A stretch of 64,000 nucleotides of DNA. Origin: Parcubacteria group bacterium. GTDB taxonomy: Bacteria > Patescibacteriota > Minisyncoccia > Phycocordibacterales > 21-14-all-47-15. Made by a program: the position numbers and the translations under genes. The stretch spans positions 16,185-80,184 of the forward strand of contig JACOYO010000003.1 of the NCBI GenBank assembly GCA_016181845.1. Direction: 5' to 3'. This document shows positions 17,043 to 27,900 of this stretch, piece by piece. The notes below the pieces were generated by a model. The model was not told where the DNA came from, did not search any database, and saw nothing but the letters and a program-made list of their open reading frames with translations. Each line of letters opens with the position of its first letter. Within the stretch, counting starts at the first letter, position 1.

Positions 17043-18632
17043 TTAAAAATATTTTCTGCTTCTTCGTAACGATTTTCTTGGCAGACAATAACGGCCATTG
17101 ATGATAAAAATAATGGCCCTTTTTCCATTCGCATATTGTACAACGTGCGAGTTGGAATGACTGCTTGGACCGCCTGCCTCATACTCAAGCATGCCTGTGC
17201 TTTTGCCAGCGCTATAACAACCGTCAATGATTCCAGCAGTATGATTGTGCCCTTTGGTAACCTTTATACCAATGGTTGAAAGATTTTTGGTTGTCCCGCG
17301 TGAACCATTCGGTCCATTATCGCCATGGAGACTGTACTCAACACCGGATAATACGAAACTTTCATCCGGTTTCAAAAACCGCACACGTTTCGCGGCAATT
17401 TTTTTGGCATATAATATGAAGGGGTCATCATACTCAATCCCCCTTTCTGTCATCCGAATGCTTTCCTTAGCCGTTATCGACATTTTAAGATAAAAGTCTG
17501 CATTCACGGGGTCAGTTTTGAAATTGGCTTCTTTCATCCATCTCGTCAAAGCGCGGTCATGATTGCTTGAAACAACTACTGATTTGCAGTTGCGCGGTGT
17601 ATGTTGATTTACAAAACGAACAGCATCTTCAACTTCTGTGCGAACGCATTCCTTGCCGGCTTTCCATTTGCCATAGCCGGTAAGCCAATCGTCTTTGTGA
17701 TGATGATTGCGGGTGTGGAAATCTAGAAGGTCGTGCCAAATCAAATGTCTCGGATTCAAGAGGGTTAGCAAACTGTTTTTCGCGGTAAAAGTCGCTTTCA
17801 CTACATGGGATGAAATAAATCGCTGATGCACGTCGCCCATGCTTATAGAAAGCGCCGGTTTTGCGCGCTTTATTCCTTCAGGAGTAAATTCCATATCAAG
17901 GTCAATAAAAGCGCCTTTTCTATCGGCATTCAGCTCCCGCACATAAAACACATCGCCGTCAATCTCCACAATCAACGCGCCGAAACAATGATTAAACGCG
18001 GCGATGACGCCTTGTTTGGTATCCGTGTAATTCGGCAATGTACAAGCACCAGTGGTAAGCATTAGTTTTGGGTGTTTGTGTTGCGGAGTCGCGATTGAAG
18101 AGAGCGCCCGATTCCCGTGTCCGACAATACCGCTCATGTTTTTGGTGAGCGTATCCATACGCGACAGCGGCATTCCCGCGGCCCATTGTATTTTTACGTC
18201 TCCCAAAATCATAATGCGGTCATTCAACGCGATTCTCCCACGGCAAAGATACGGAAGCACTTCCTTGCACCACCACTCATGCTCAATATTTTTTTGAGTC
18301 CATTGGCTCGTTGGATTTTTGTACCTTCCCGGAATAACCACGAGCTCGGCATTGTAAAATTTGGTTGCTTGTTGCAAAGATTGCCAAAATTTTGGATGAA
18401 TCGGCGTCGCGTTTTGAGCCGCCGTGATAATATATATTTTTGCCTTTGGCAGATTACTGCGCATCAATACCGGCTTAGACGGCAATCGCGGAGTGGTCGT
18501 CCGATGCCCGCATCCGGTGCAAAGATAGCGTGGATTAGAGGTCTGATTTGTGGTATGGCCAGCTTTCACCAAATTGGTGTCGCCACATTTCGGACAAGAC
18601 TTAGACTCTGATTGGTTTGGTTTTTTAGCCAT
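17043..18632 (-). CDS. large hypothetical protein: N-terminal 4-Cys zinc ribbon (InsA/IS1595-type), then an unknown domain, then a calcineurin-like metallophosphoesterase-like C-terminal half
   Basis: CPKCGDTNLVKAGHTTNQTSNPRYLCTGCGH resembles the IS1/IS1595 transposase zinc ribbon. Downstream, the order of motifs SMGDVHQ, SNHD and KGHNHT resembles phosphoesterase motifs I, III and V. No DDE domain was recognised. Confidence 0.4.
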   Translation of the reverse strand: MAKKPNQSESKSCPKCGDTNLVKAGHTTNQTSNPRYLCTGCGHRTTTPRLPSKPVLMRSNLPKAKIYIITAAQNATPIHPKFWQSLQQATKFYNAELVVIPGRYKNPTSQWTQKNIEHEWWCKEVLPYLCRGRIALNDRIMILGDVKIQWAAGMPLSRMDTLTKNMSGIVGHGNRALSSIATPQHKHPKLMLTTGACTLPNYTDTKQGVIAAFNHCFGALIVEIDGDVFYVRELNADRKGAFIDLDMEFTPEGIKRAKPALSISMGDVHQRFISSHVVKATFTAKNSLLTLLNPRHLIWHDLLDFHTRNHHHKDDWLTGYGKWKAGKECVRTEVEDAVRFVNQHTPRNCKSVVVSSNHDRALTRWMKEANFKTDPVNADFYLKMSITAKESIRMTERGIEYDDPFILYAKKIAAKRVRFLKPDESFVLSGVEYSLHGDNGPNGSRGTTKNLSTIGIKVTKGHNHTAGIIDGCYSAGKSTGMLEYEAGGPSSHSNSHVVQYANGKRAIIFIINGRYCLPRKSLRRSRKYF

Positions 18633-18775
18633 CGTCTCCTCCTTTTTCTAAGTTTTCAAAGAAAATCTACTGTCTGAAGCGTAACAAAAAAGCGCCTCTT
18701 TGGATGCGTGACGCGCTGTGGATAAGTGGCCGTGCAACAATTTTTTCTTTCTTGCAAGAAGAAAAATTGCCGTTT

Positions 18776-19060
18776 CTATACCCCCAATATATCCCGCAGT
18801 CCTTTCGGAGCAGTCCACGGCGGGTCAAAGGTGATGTCCACCTTGACTGCATCGGGTTTTAGTTCGTAAATTTTTTCTTCAACTTTTTCAACTATTTCAT
18901 TGCCAAATGGGCAAAATGGTGTCGTGAGCGTCATAAGCACTCCCACTTCCCCATTCTCTATGGAGATATCGTAAATGAGCCCGAGAGTATACACATCAAT
19001 ATCAAGCTCCGGGTCTTTTACTTCTTTCAATTTTTCTATCACGAGTTCTTTGGTAATCAT
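18776..19060 (-). CDS. sufT: Fe-S assembly protein SufT (DUF59/MIP18 family)
   Basis: 94 aa; ...VKDPELDIDVYTLGLIYDI... DUF59 signature. It overlaps the sufC stop by 4 nt. Confidence 0.7.
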   Translation of the reverse strand: MITKELVIEKLKEVKDPELDIDVYTLGLIYDISIENGEVGVLMTLTTPFCPFGNEIVEKVEEKIYELKPDAVKVDITFDPPWTAPKGLRDILGV

Positions 19061-19821
19061 ACGGATGTGTTTTTATCATTTTTATCGGCACAAAGCAATT
19101 TCGTATACCCTTTTTCTTCAATCTCTTTTGCGAGTTCTGTGCCGCCGGAGCGAACTATTTTTCCTCCATACATAATATGCACCACATCAGGCGAGAGACG
19201 TTTCAAAATCGCGTCATAGTGCGTAATGAGTAGAAAGCCGGTGCCATTTTCTTTGGCAAGCGTTTGTATAGCCGAATAAATCCGCACGATAGCGTCTTTA
19301 TCAACTCCGGAATCTATTTCATCTAAAAAAGCGAACGCCGGTTTTAGGACTGCAAGCTGAATAATCTCGGATTGTTTTTTTTCACCACCCGACATGCCAA
19401 CATTCACTTGCCGTTTCAAGAGTGAAACATCAAATCCTAATTTTTCGGTAATTTTTTCCGCGTACGAATAAAAATCAAGCACCGGCATTTTTGCGCCGGC
19501 AATATGCTGATGCGCTTTATGCAAAAAAGAGATAAGCGTAACCCCATGTATTTCAGGCAGTTGCTGAAGTGACAAAAACAATCCGGCCCGCCCTTTTTCA
19601 TCAGGAGACATACCGATGATATTTCTTCCGCCCAAAAGCATTTCGCCCGACACAAGCGTATACCGCGGATGCCCCATTACCGCATTCACCAAACTGCTTT
19701 TTCCGGAACCGTTTTGCCCCATGAGAATATGGATTTCCCCGGGCTTAATTTCCATATTCACTCCAGACACAACACTCTTTCCACTAGCCGATACGGTAAT
19801 ATTTTTTAATAATACGGTCAT
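19057..19821 (-). CDS. sufC: Fe-S cluster assembly ATPase SufC
   Basis: Walker [14 protein letters not shown] signature LSGGEKK, Walker B FLDEIDSG. Confidence 0.9.
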   Translation of the reverse strand: MTVLLKNITVSASGKSVVSGVNMEIKPGEIHILMGQNGSGKSSLVNAVMGHPRYTLVSGEMLLGGRNIIGMSPDEKGRAGLFLSLQQLPEIHGVTLISFLHKAHQHIAGAKMPVLDFYSYAEKITEKLGFDVSLLKRQVNVGMSGGEKKQSEIIQLAVLKPAFAFLDEIDSGVDKDAIVRIYSAIQTLAKENGTGFLLITHYDAILKRLSPDVVHIMYGGKIVRSGGTELAKEIEEKGYTKLLCADKNDKNTSV

Positions 19822-20213
19822 ATTTTTTTAGAATTATGGTTTTGATATTGCTCCAGACCTTTTTCTAGAGCGCGGTACGCGAGAAGAGCGCACGGCTCAC
19901 GCGCAGGATTTATTGAAGAAATACCGAGCAACATATATATGTCTTTTGGTGTTATTTTTTGGAGTTCTTTTTTGGTCATCCCTTTTATTTTTTCAGTAAG
20001 AAGCGACGCTCCGGCTTGGCTGATAGCGCATCCGCTCCCATCAAATGAAACCTCTTTAGCACGCCCGCTCGCGTCAAAAAGTATATAGAGCACGAGCGTA
20101 TCGCCACACGACGGATTTGAACCGTCTTGTTTGATATCAAACAAAAGAAGCGCGCCTTTGTTCCGCGGATTTCTATAATGGTCTAAAATATGTTCTTTGT
20201 ATAATTCTTCCAT
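19818..20213 (-). CDS. sufU: SufU/IscU-type Fe-S scaffold (NifU N-terminal-like)
   Basis: NPSCGD...GSGCAISQA... provides the cysteine ligands of the SufU type. Confidence 0.8.
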   Translation of the reverse strand: MEELYKEHILDHYRNPRNKGALLLFDIKQDGSNPSCGDTLVLYILFDASGRAKEVSFDGSGCAISQAGASLLTEKIKGMTKKELQKITPKDIYMLLGISSINPAREPCALLAYRALEKGLEQYQNHNSKKI

Positions 20214-20413
20214 AACTACAGTATACTGATTTTCCGCGCTTTTTCTTCAATCAGAATGCTTCGCGTCTAAAAAATGATATTCGTTTTGCTTTACGAAAAA
20301 TGAAAAACTCCTCGCAAGACTCGTCAAACAATTTCATTTTTCTACAAAACTCGTTCATTTTTAAAGCCGCTACGCAATGATTTCAGAAAAAGCGCGGAAA
20401 ATTTGTTTTTTTA

Positions 20414-21748
20414 TCATACACTCATCTCTATCAGCTTGTTCATCTCAACAGCATATTCAAGTGGCAGTGCTTTCACAATCGGCTCAATGAATCCGCCCAC
20501 CGCGAGCCGCACCGCATTTTCTTCGCTGAAGCCGCGGCTTTTGATATAAAAAAGTTCATCGTCGCCCAATCTCCCGACGCGCGCCTCGTGTGAAATATCC
20601 GCGGTTTGACTTTCGTCTTTGATAGATGGGTAGGTATCGGCCGATGACTCATTATCTAAAATAAGCGAATCGCACGACACCGATGAGCGCGCATTTTCTG
20701 TTTTCGGCAACACACGCACCAATCCGCGATAAACCGCCGTCCCGCCTTTGGTTGAAATTGATTTTGAACGAATCGTGGAAACCGTATCGGAAGCCACGTG
20801 TACCGCTTTCGCCCCAGTATCTTGGATTTGCCCTGAAGCGGCGAGCACAATGCTTAAACTGTCTGATTTCGCACGCTTTCCCAAAAGTACGGATGACGGA
20901 TAAAGCATGGTCACCGCGCCTCCCATATTACCGTTTATCCACTGTATTTCAGCGTCTTCAAACACCAGCGCGCGTTTTGTATTCAGATTGTACGTATTTT
21001 TTGACCAATTTTCAACGCTGATGTATTTCATTTTTGCGCCCTTTTTTACAAAAAGCTCAACACAGCCTGCGTGGAGAGACGAGCGCGTGTACGACGGCGC
21101 CGAACATCCTTCTATGTACGACACTTCCGAACCTTCATCTGCAATAATGAGCGTATGCTCAAATTGCGCCGACGCTTCTTTGTTCATTCGAAAATACGCC
21201 TGGAGCGGAAGCTCCACTTTCACTCCATGCGGCACATAGATAAACGTGCCACCGCTCCAGAGCGCCGCGTGAAGCATGGTAAATTTATGGTCGTGCGCCG
21301 GCACACATGTGGTCATGAAATATTCTTTCACCATTTCCGGATATTTTTCAAGCGCCGTGTCCATATTTTCAAAAATCACTCCCTGTGCCTTGAGTGATTC
21401 TTTGAGATGGTGATAGACAACCCCAGAATCATACTGCGCGCCGGCACCGCTTAATGCGTGCTTTTCCGCTTCCGGAATACCGAGCTTTTCAAACGTCTCT
21501 CTGATTTCAGACGGCACTTCATCCCACGACGTTGTCTCTTTTGAGCCCGGAGCCGTAAAATAGCTCATGTTTTCAAAATCAAGCCCGCTTAAATCGGGCC
21601 CCCACGTTGGCAATGTGGTTTTTTGATATAACTCGTACGCTGTAAGCCGTTTTTCAAGCATCCATTTCGGCTCTTTTTTGAGCGCGGAAATATGCCGAAT
21701 CAATTCTGGAGAGAGCTTTTTGCTTTGGTCTTTCGTCATTATTGACAC
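20414..21748 (-). CDS. sufB: Fe-S cluster assembly protein SufB
   Basis: 444 aa; the SufB/SufD beta-helix region is conserved (…ENARSSVSCDSLILD…). Confidence 0.85.
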   Translation of the reverse strand: MSIMTKDQSKKLSPELIRHISALKKEPKWMLEKRLTAYELYQKTTLPTWGPDLSGLDFENMSYFTAPGSKETTSWDEVPSEIRETFEKLGIPEAEKHALSGAGAQYDSGVVYHHLKESLKAQGVIFENMDTALEKYPEMVKEYFMTTCVPAHDHKFTMLHAALWSGGTFIYVPHGVKVELPLQAYFRMNKEASAQFEHTLIIADEGSEVSYIEGCSAPSYTRSSLHAGCVELFVKKGAKMKYISVENWSKNTYNLNTKRALVFEDAEIQWINGNMGGAVTMLYPSSVLLGKRAKSDSLSIVLAASGQIQDTGAKAVHVASDTVSTIRSKSISTKGGTAVYRGLVRVLPKTENARSSVSCDSLILDNESSADTYPSIKDESQTADISHEARVGRLGDDELFYIKSRGFSEENAVRLAVGGFIEPIVKALPLEYAVEMNKLIEMSV

Positions 21749-21819
21749 TATACCTAAAATATGACGAATTGTAAATAAACTACACTAAAATTATTAACAT
21801 ATCTTGTCTACTATGCCAG

Positions 21820-21843
21820 TATACTGGCATAGTGAAGATAAGA
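21820..21843. repeat. R1 palindrome copy (actatgccagtatactggcatagt)
   Basis: 24-bp perfect palindrome between sufB and rpoD. Confidence 0.6.
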
Positions 21844-21881
21844 ATATATTATTAAGAAATATGTTCTTTTAGATACGCGTG

Positions 21882-23156
21882 TTAGTAATTCCGCAGACGG
21901 TTTGATTTTTGATGCTGGCGGATTTTGTCGTGGGCTTTGGCTTCAATCTGGCGGATGCGTTCACGAGTAACGCCGAATTCTTTGCCCACTTCTTCAAGCG
22001 TATGCACAATACCATCGGTTAAACCATGCCGCATTTCAAGAATTTTTCGCTCTTTCGGAGTCAGGTCGTCAAGAATTTCTTTGACCTGGTCGGATAAAAT
22101 TCTACGCGATGCTTCCTGGTCTGGAGACAAAATTTTTTCATCGGGGATAAAATCGCCGAGCGTAGATTTTTCATCCTCGTCATCAACCGGTTTCTCAAGC
22201 GAAATCGTGTCTTGGTCAATCTGCTGAATGGTATGGATTTTTTCCACCTCTATGCCCATTTCGGTCGCCACTTCTTCTGGCAGTGGGTCGCGCCCTAGGT
22301 CTTGCGCGAGCCGTCGCGCCACTTTTTTGTATTTTGCAATCGTTTCAACCATGTGCACCGGAATACGGATAGTGCGCGATTGGTCCGCGAGCGCCCGAGT
22401 AATCGCCTGCCGTATCCACCACGTCGCATACGTTGAAAATTTATACCCCTTGGTCCAATCAAATTTTTCAACCGCTTTGAAAAGCCCGAGATTCCCTTCT
22501 TGAATCAAGTCAAGCAATGTCATGTCATGGCTCCTGCCGATATATTTTTTTGCAATGGAAACAACCAAACGCAGGTTTGCTTTCGCAAGCATCGCGCGCG
22601 CTTCTTCATCTCCTTTTTCTATCCGCTTGGCGAGCTCTTTTTCTTCAGCTCCAGACAACAGCGTATACCGTCCGATTTCTTTCAAATACATCTGAACGGA
22701 ATCATACGAGCCGTCTTTTGTGTATTCATATCTCCCCAGCGGCTTTTCTTTTTTAGCGTCTTCGAGCAAATCCCCGCCATCAACAACGCCGATTCCCACC
22801 TCTGCAAAACGGTCATAAAGACGGTCAAGAAACGAGATGTCGTCTTCTATGTATGGAAACGCTTTCAGCAATTCCGCGTACGTGATAAATTTCCGCTCTT
22901 TTCCTTTTGAAATCAATTCAGCAACCTTTTCTTCAACAGAACGCTTATCACGCGTCTTTTTTTTGTGCCCCACTCCGGATGAAACGGTTGTCCGCGCTTT
23001 AAGCAAAAGAGCTTTTTGTTTTTTTCTGCTAGACGCGCGCAGAGCCTTGCGCGCGGCATTCTCGGTCTTCTTCTTTTGTCTTATGCCATCTGCTTTGCGG
23101 ACAAGACGAGCGCCGCGGCGCGTTTTTTTTTCGATTATAGATTGTTTTGTCGGCAT
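21882..23156 (-). CDS. rpoD: RNA polymerase sigma-70 factor RpoD (Lys/Arg-rich N-terminus)
   Basis: Start moved to MPTKQS. Region 2.4 motif [13 protein letters not shown], regions 3 and 4.2 present. The N-terminal 80 aa is highly basic. Confidence 0.9.
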   Translation of the reverse strand: MPTKQSIIEKKTRRGARLVRKADGIRQKKKTENAARKALRASSRKKQKALLLKARTTVSSGVGHKKKTRDKRSVEEKVAELISKGKERKFITYAELLKAFPYIEDDISFLDRLYDRFAEVGIGVVDGGDLLEDAKKEKPLGRYEYTKDGSYDSVQMYLKEIGRYTLLSGAEEKELAKRIEKGDEEARAMLAKANLRLVVSIAKKYIGRSHDMTLLDLIQEGNLGLFKAVEKFDWTKGYKFSTYATWWIRQAITRALADQSRTIRIPVHMVETIAKYKKVARRLAQDLGRDPLPEEVATEMGIEVEKIHTIQQIDQDTISLEKPVDDEDEKSTLGDFIPDEKILSPDQEASRRILSDQVKEILDDLTPKERKILEMRHGLTDGIVHTLEEVGKEFGVTRERIRQIEAKAHDKIRQHQKSNRLRNY

Positions 23157-23163
23157 AATTATA

Positions 23164-24882
23164 TTATTTATCAAAAACCATGAGCAACTCAATGGCGGCG
23201 GTTAATCTTTGATATTCTTTGAGAAAATCCTCTGCTTGCTCCGTGTTGTGTTCGCGTTCAGCGCGGCGAAGCAGGAGCGCGACGCGTTCCCGCGCGTCAA
23301 TCGTATAGGCAATTTCCAGATTAATAAGCAATTCTTCAACTTCTTTTTGTAATACATCGCGGTCTCGCGATATTTGTTCAGCTTCAAAAATATATTCATT
23401 TTTTTCTGCCGTATCAAGCGCCAGCGCGCCGGCGTAGCGGTCTTCTCCGACAATACGCCTATAGGCGTCTTTTATTTTCGCTACCTCTATCATAGCGTTA
23501 TCTTGGCTTTCTTGCCAGAACATAATCCCCAAAAGATTTCGCTCTATCTTTTCTTTGCGCGGCATGTTGACTTCCGTCATCCGTTTTTCTGCCATGACTG
23601 CTGACGATTCTTTTTTTTGTAGAGCCGCGCGGCGCATTTCTTCCCACACTGGCTCTTCCCCAACCCCCAAAAATCGGGCAATTTTTGTCACAAATTGCGC
23701 GCGAGCTATACTGCTTTTTATTTTGGCGACATACGGTATCACTTTTTGTTCAATGCCTGAACGCAACAACCGCTCGTCGGTATATGTACTGCGCAAAAAG
23801 GTCAAGTAAAAATCAACCACATGCTCCGACTCTTTCACTAAAGCGCTCCAGCGCGACGCATCGCTACCGATAATATCCGCCGGGTCGGCGCCCGATGGAA
23901 GCGCCGCCACCTTGCTATCCATACCGCATTCCAACGTATGCATCATTCCGCGGTCAAGCGCACCTATGCCAGCCGCGTCACCGTCAAAAGCAAAAATAAT
24001 CGTATTGGCAAAACGGCGGATTGCCTGTACGTGATGCTCGGTAAGCGCGGTGCCGGAAACCGCCACCGTATTTGAGAATCCCGCCTGGTGCGACAAAATA
24101 AGGTCTACCTGCCCCTCCACTAAGATACAAGTATTTGTTTTTTTCATCGCCGCTTTTGCTTTATCATATCCGTATAAGGCGTGTGATTTATCATACAAAA
24201 CCGTTGCCGGTGAATTGACATATTTGCCGGCATGCTCTGCTTCCGCGCCAAATATCCTGCCGGAAAAAGCAATAATTTTCCCAGAATAATCAAAAATCGG
24301 AAACATAATTCTGCCCCTAAACCTGTCATAGTATCCTTTTGGGTTTGAAATCGTAAGTCCCGCTTTTTCAATCATCACGTCGGAAAATCCGCGCTCTTTC
24401 AGGTGCGCGTATAATTGCCGCCAATCATCCGGAGCATAGCCGATTCTAAAAAGAGCTACTGTCTCTCTCGCAACTTTTCGCGACAAGAGATATTCAATTG
24501 CGTGAGAATTCTGCGCGAGTTTCTTTTCAAAAAAAAGCGCCGCGGCTTCCAAAACGCCATAGAGCGCCTCTTTTTCTGAATATTCTTTTTTATCATACGG
24601 AGCGAGCTCAACGCCTGCGCGTTCAGCCAAAAGTTTAAGAGCGCCGGAAAAATCAAGCCCTTCTATTTCCTGGACGAACGTGAATATGTCGCCTCCCTTG
24701 CCGCATCCGAAACAATGAAAAGTCCCTCGTGCTTGAGAAACGATGAAAGACGGGGTTTTTTCGGAATGAAACGGACAAAGAGCTTTGATACTGTTTCCGG
24801 CTCGCCCAAGCTTTACATACGATTCCACAACATCCGTAATGCTTAACCGTTCTTTGATTTGTTCAACGGTTGATGATGACAT
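23164..24882 (-). CDS. dnaG: DNA primase DnaG
   Basis: CHC2 zinc finger [11 protein letters not shown]...[10 protein letters not shown]; Toprim domain (EGQVDLIL...DGDAAG). Confidence 0.9.
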   Translation of the reverse strand: MSSSTVEQIKERLSITDVVESYVKLGRAGNSIKALCPFHSEKTPSFIVSQARGTFHCFGCGKGGDIFTFVQEIEGLDFSGALKLLAERAGVELAPYDKKEYSEKEALYGVLEAAALFFEKKLAQNSHAIEYLLSRKVARETVALFRIGYAPDDWRQLYAHLKERGFSDVMIEKAGLTISNPKGYYDRFRGRIMFPIFDYSGKIIAFSGRIFGAEAEHAGKYVNSPATVLYDKSHALYGYDKAKAAMKKTNTCILVEGQVDLILSHQAGFSNTVAVSGTALTEHHVQAIRRFANTIIFAFDGDAAGIGALDRGMMHTLECGMDSKVAALPSGADPADIIGSDASRWSALVKESEHVVDFYLTFLRSTYTDERLLRSGIEQKVIPYVAKIKSSIARAQFVTKIARFLGVGEEPVWEEMRRAALQKKESSAVMAEKRMTEVNMPRKEKIERNLLGIMFWQESQDNAMIEVAKIKDAYRRIVGEDRYAGALALDTAEKNEYIFEAEQISRDRDVLQKEVEELLINLEIAYTIDARERVALLLRRAEREHNTEQAEDFLKEYQRLTAAIELLMVFDK

Positions 24883-24933
24883 AAACGTTCAAACTAATTG
24901 ATGTTACAAAGGTTACAAAGGAGAAGCCTTTGT

Positions 24934-24966
24934 AAGTTATCCACAACGAAGGAGGAACCTTTGTAA
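24934..24966. repeat. 30-bp dispersed repeat carrying a perfect DnaA-box sequence (TTATCCACA) in the dnaG/rpoC intergenic region
   Basis: aagttatccacaacgaaggaggaacctttgtaa is identical to the 3' end of uvrB (36822-36852, inverted). A degenerate copy lies at 46799-46828. Confidence 0.55.
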
Positions 24967-24974
24967 AAACCTAT

Positions 24975-27900
24975 TTATTCTGCCGGTGAAATTTCTTCTT
25001 CTTTTGCTATCTCGTCTTGATGATGCGCCTTACTGCGAAATCCGGTGCCCGCCGGTATCAATCTCCCGATAATAACATTTTCTTTCAGGCCGCGCAGATG
25101 GTCACTGCCTCCCCTGATTGCGGTATTGATAAGCGTGCGCGAAGTGTACTGAAATGACGCGGCAGACAAAAAACTTTGCGTGGTGAGAGACACTTCGGAA
25201 ATGCCGAGTAGCACGGGTTCGGCTTTTGCTCCTTCTCCGCCTGATTGCGCGACTTCCTTATTTTCTTTTGTGAGCTCAACACCGCCGACAATCTCTCCCG
25301 CTCCGAATTTGGTATCACCCGGGTCTTTCACGCGTTTGCGTGAAAACATCTGGCGGATAATCACTTCAATATGTTTTCTTGAAATGGATGCTCCCTGCAA
25401 TTCGTATACTTTGTTTATTTCATGAATAATATAATTTTCAGCGCGCTCTTTCCCTCCATATTTGAAAATTTCTGAAATATCCGCCTGCCCGTCGGTCAAC
25501 AAATCACCTTTCTTGATTTTATCACCCGCCGCGACAATGGGCATACGACGAAACGGTATGGCGTATTCTATCGTACCGGCTTTTTTGTCAGTCTTTTTGA
25601 CCGGAGCATCGGAAAGCACTGCGATGGTGTGTTCTTTTCCTTTAGTAACGACTTCCATCACTTCGCCATCCGAAGTGCTGACCACCGCCGGAATTTTCGG
25701 GCTTCGCCGTTCAAAAATTTCTTCAACACGCGGGAGACCCATAGTGATGTCGCCACCAACAGATGCAATGCCTCCAGAGTGGAAGGTACGCATTGTGAGT
25801 TGTGTGCCCGGCTCGCCGATTGCCTGCGCGGCGATAATGCCGACCGCTTCACCAAGAGCGACGAGGTGATTTCTTCCAAGGTCAAGACCGTAACACTGCC
25901 TGCATATTCCGGTATCTGAAGTGCAACGCAATGGAGAGCGCACCTCTGCTGAAACAATTTGACGTTTTTCAATTTCCTGCGCCATTTCTTTGGTCACCAG
26001 CGAACCGTGCTTATAAAGAATGGTGTCGTTTTCATCTTTGATGTCCGAGGCGAGCACCCTTCCACGCACATTGCGCGAAAGCGGCACGTGAATTCCCGAC
26101 ACATCTTCGGCGGTAATCGTGATTGATTCCTTTGTGCCGCAATCCTCTTCCGCGATAACCACATCCTGCGACACATCCACCAAACGGCGTGTAAGATATC
26201 CTGCTTTCGCGGTGTTTAAGGCCGTATCGGCAAGTCCTTTTCGCGAACCGTGCGTCGTGATGAAATATTCAAGCGGCGACAACCCTTCTTTATTGGAAGG
26301 AATAACAGGAAAATCAATCGCTTCTCCTGCCGTATTGACGATGATGCCTTTCATGCCGCTCATCTGCACGATTTGTTTCAAAGAACCGCGCGCTCCGGAC
26401 GAAACCATGTCGCTCACCGAGCCATCTGTCTCAAGCGTTCCTGGAATAATTTTTTCAATTTCGCTTACAACCTGTTGCCAGACTTCAATCACTTTTCTCC
26501 GTCGTTCCTCGTTAGAAAGAAGGCCCTCGTTGTATTGTTTCCAAATTTCATTTTCTTTCTCGCGCGCCGCGGCGATAATTTCTTTTTTTTCTTTCGGCAC
26601 CTTCACGTCATCAATACCCCACGTAATGCCCGATTTGGTCACATAGCGATATCCGAACGCTTTAATTTTATCAAGCACCGGTGGCGTGGCATCAATACCA
26701 TAACGAGCGATGAGATCCTCAATAATGTTCCCCATCTCTTTTTTATCAACGGCTTTGTTTATATATGGAAAATCTTTCGGAAGTACGCTGTTGAAGAGCA
26801 GGCGTCCGACGGATGTTTCAAAGACCCCCCCTTCAAACGCTTGGTATTTGGGGCTGTCGGTACTCATCACTTTCATTTTTGCGCGAAAACCAACGCGTCC
26901 AAAATCATACGCGCTAATCGCATCGTTCGGGCTTGCAAAAAATAATCCTTCTCCTTTATCTCCCGAAACTATTTTGGTCATCCAGTAGCATCCGAGCACC
27001 ATATCAAGCTGTGGATTTACAATCGGATTGCCGTTGCCAGGCTTGAGAAGATTTTTTGCCGCGGACATAAGCTCTCGCGCCTCGCGCTGTGCATGTTCCG
27101 ACAATGGCACGTGCACAGCCATTTGGTCGCCGTCAAAGTCTGCGTTGAATGCCGTACACACAAGCGGGTGCACCTGAATTGCGTTGCCTTCAATAAGCAC
27201 AGGCTGAAACGCTTGGATACCAAGACGGTGCAAGGTCGGCGCGCGATTCAAAAGCACATATTTGTCGCGGATGACCTCTTCAAGCATTGCCCACACTTCA
27301 GGAATACCTTCATCTATCAAACGTCCTGCTCCGCGGATGTTAAATGCCAATTCATTTTTGAGCAGTTTTGCAATAACAAATGGTCTGAATAATTCAAGCG
27401 CCATGTGTTTTGGCAAGCCGCATTGGTGCAGTTTCAAATCAGGTCCAACAACAATCACCGAGCGCCCTGAATAGTCAACGCGCTTGCCGAGTAGGTTTTG
27501 TCTGAAAAGACCGTGTTTGCCTTTCAGCGAATCGGAAAGAGACTTGAGAGCGCGCTTTTGCGACGCGCTGATTGCCGCTCCGCCGCTCCCGACGCCATGC
27601 CGTATTGAGTTGTCTATAAGCGCGTCAACTGCTTCCTGCAAAATACGTTTTTCATTGCGCAAAATTACATCAGGCGCGCCGATTTCTTTTAATTTTTTCA
27701 GGCGATTATTGCGATTGATAACACGGCGATAGAGGTCGTTCACGTCAGAGGTCGCGTGACGGCCTCCTTCAAGCGCCACCATCGGGCGGAGCGCTGGCGG
27801 AGTGACTGGAATTGCCGTCAAAAACATCCATTCAGGACGCACCCCTGAATGAAGCATCGCCTTAACGAGCGAAAGCTTTTTATGAAGACGCTGACGGTCT

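Noticed and set aside
17043-18632. Calling the large zinc-ribbon protein an IS1/IS1595 transposase
   Set aside because: Only the N-terminal 4-Cys ribbon resembles InsA or IS1595 TnpA. No DDE triad, terminal inverted repeats or target duplication could be identified around the gene, so I left it as a hypothetical zinc-ribbon/phosphoesterase-like protein.
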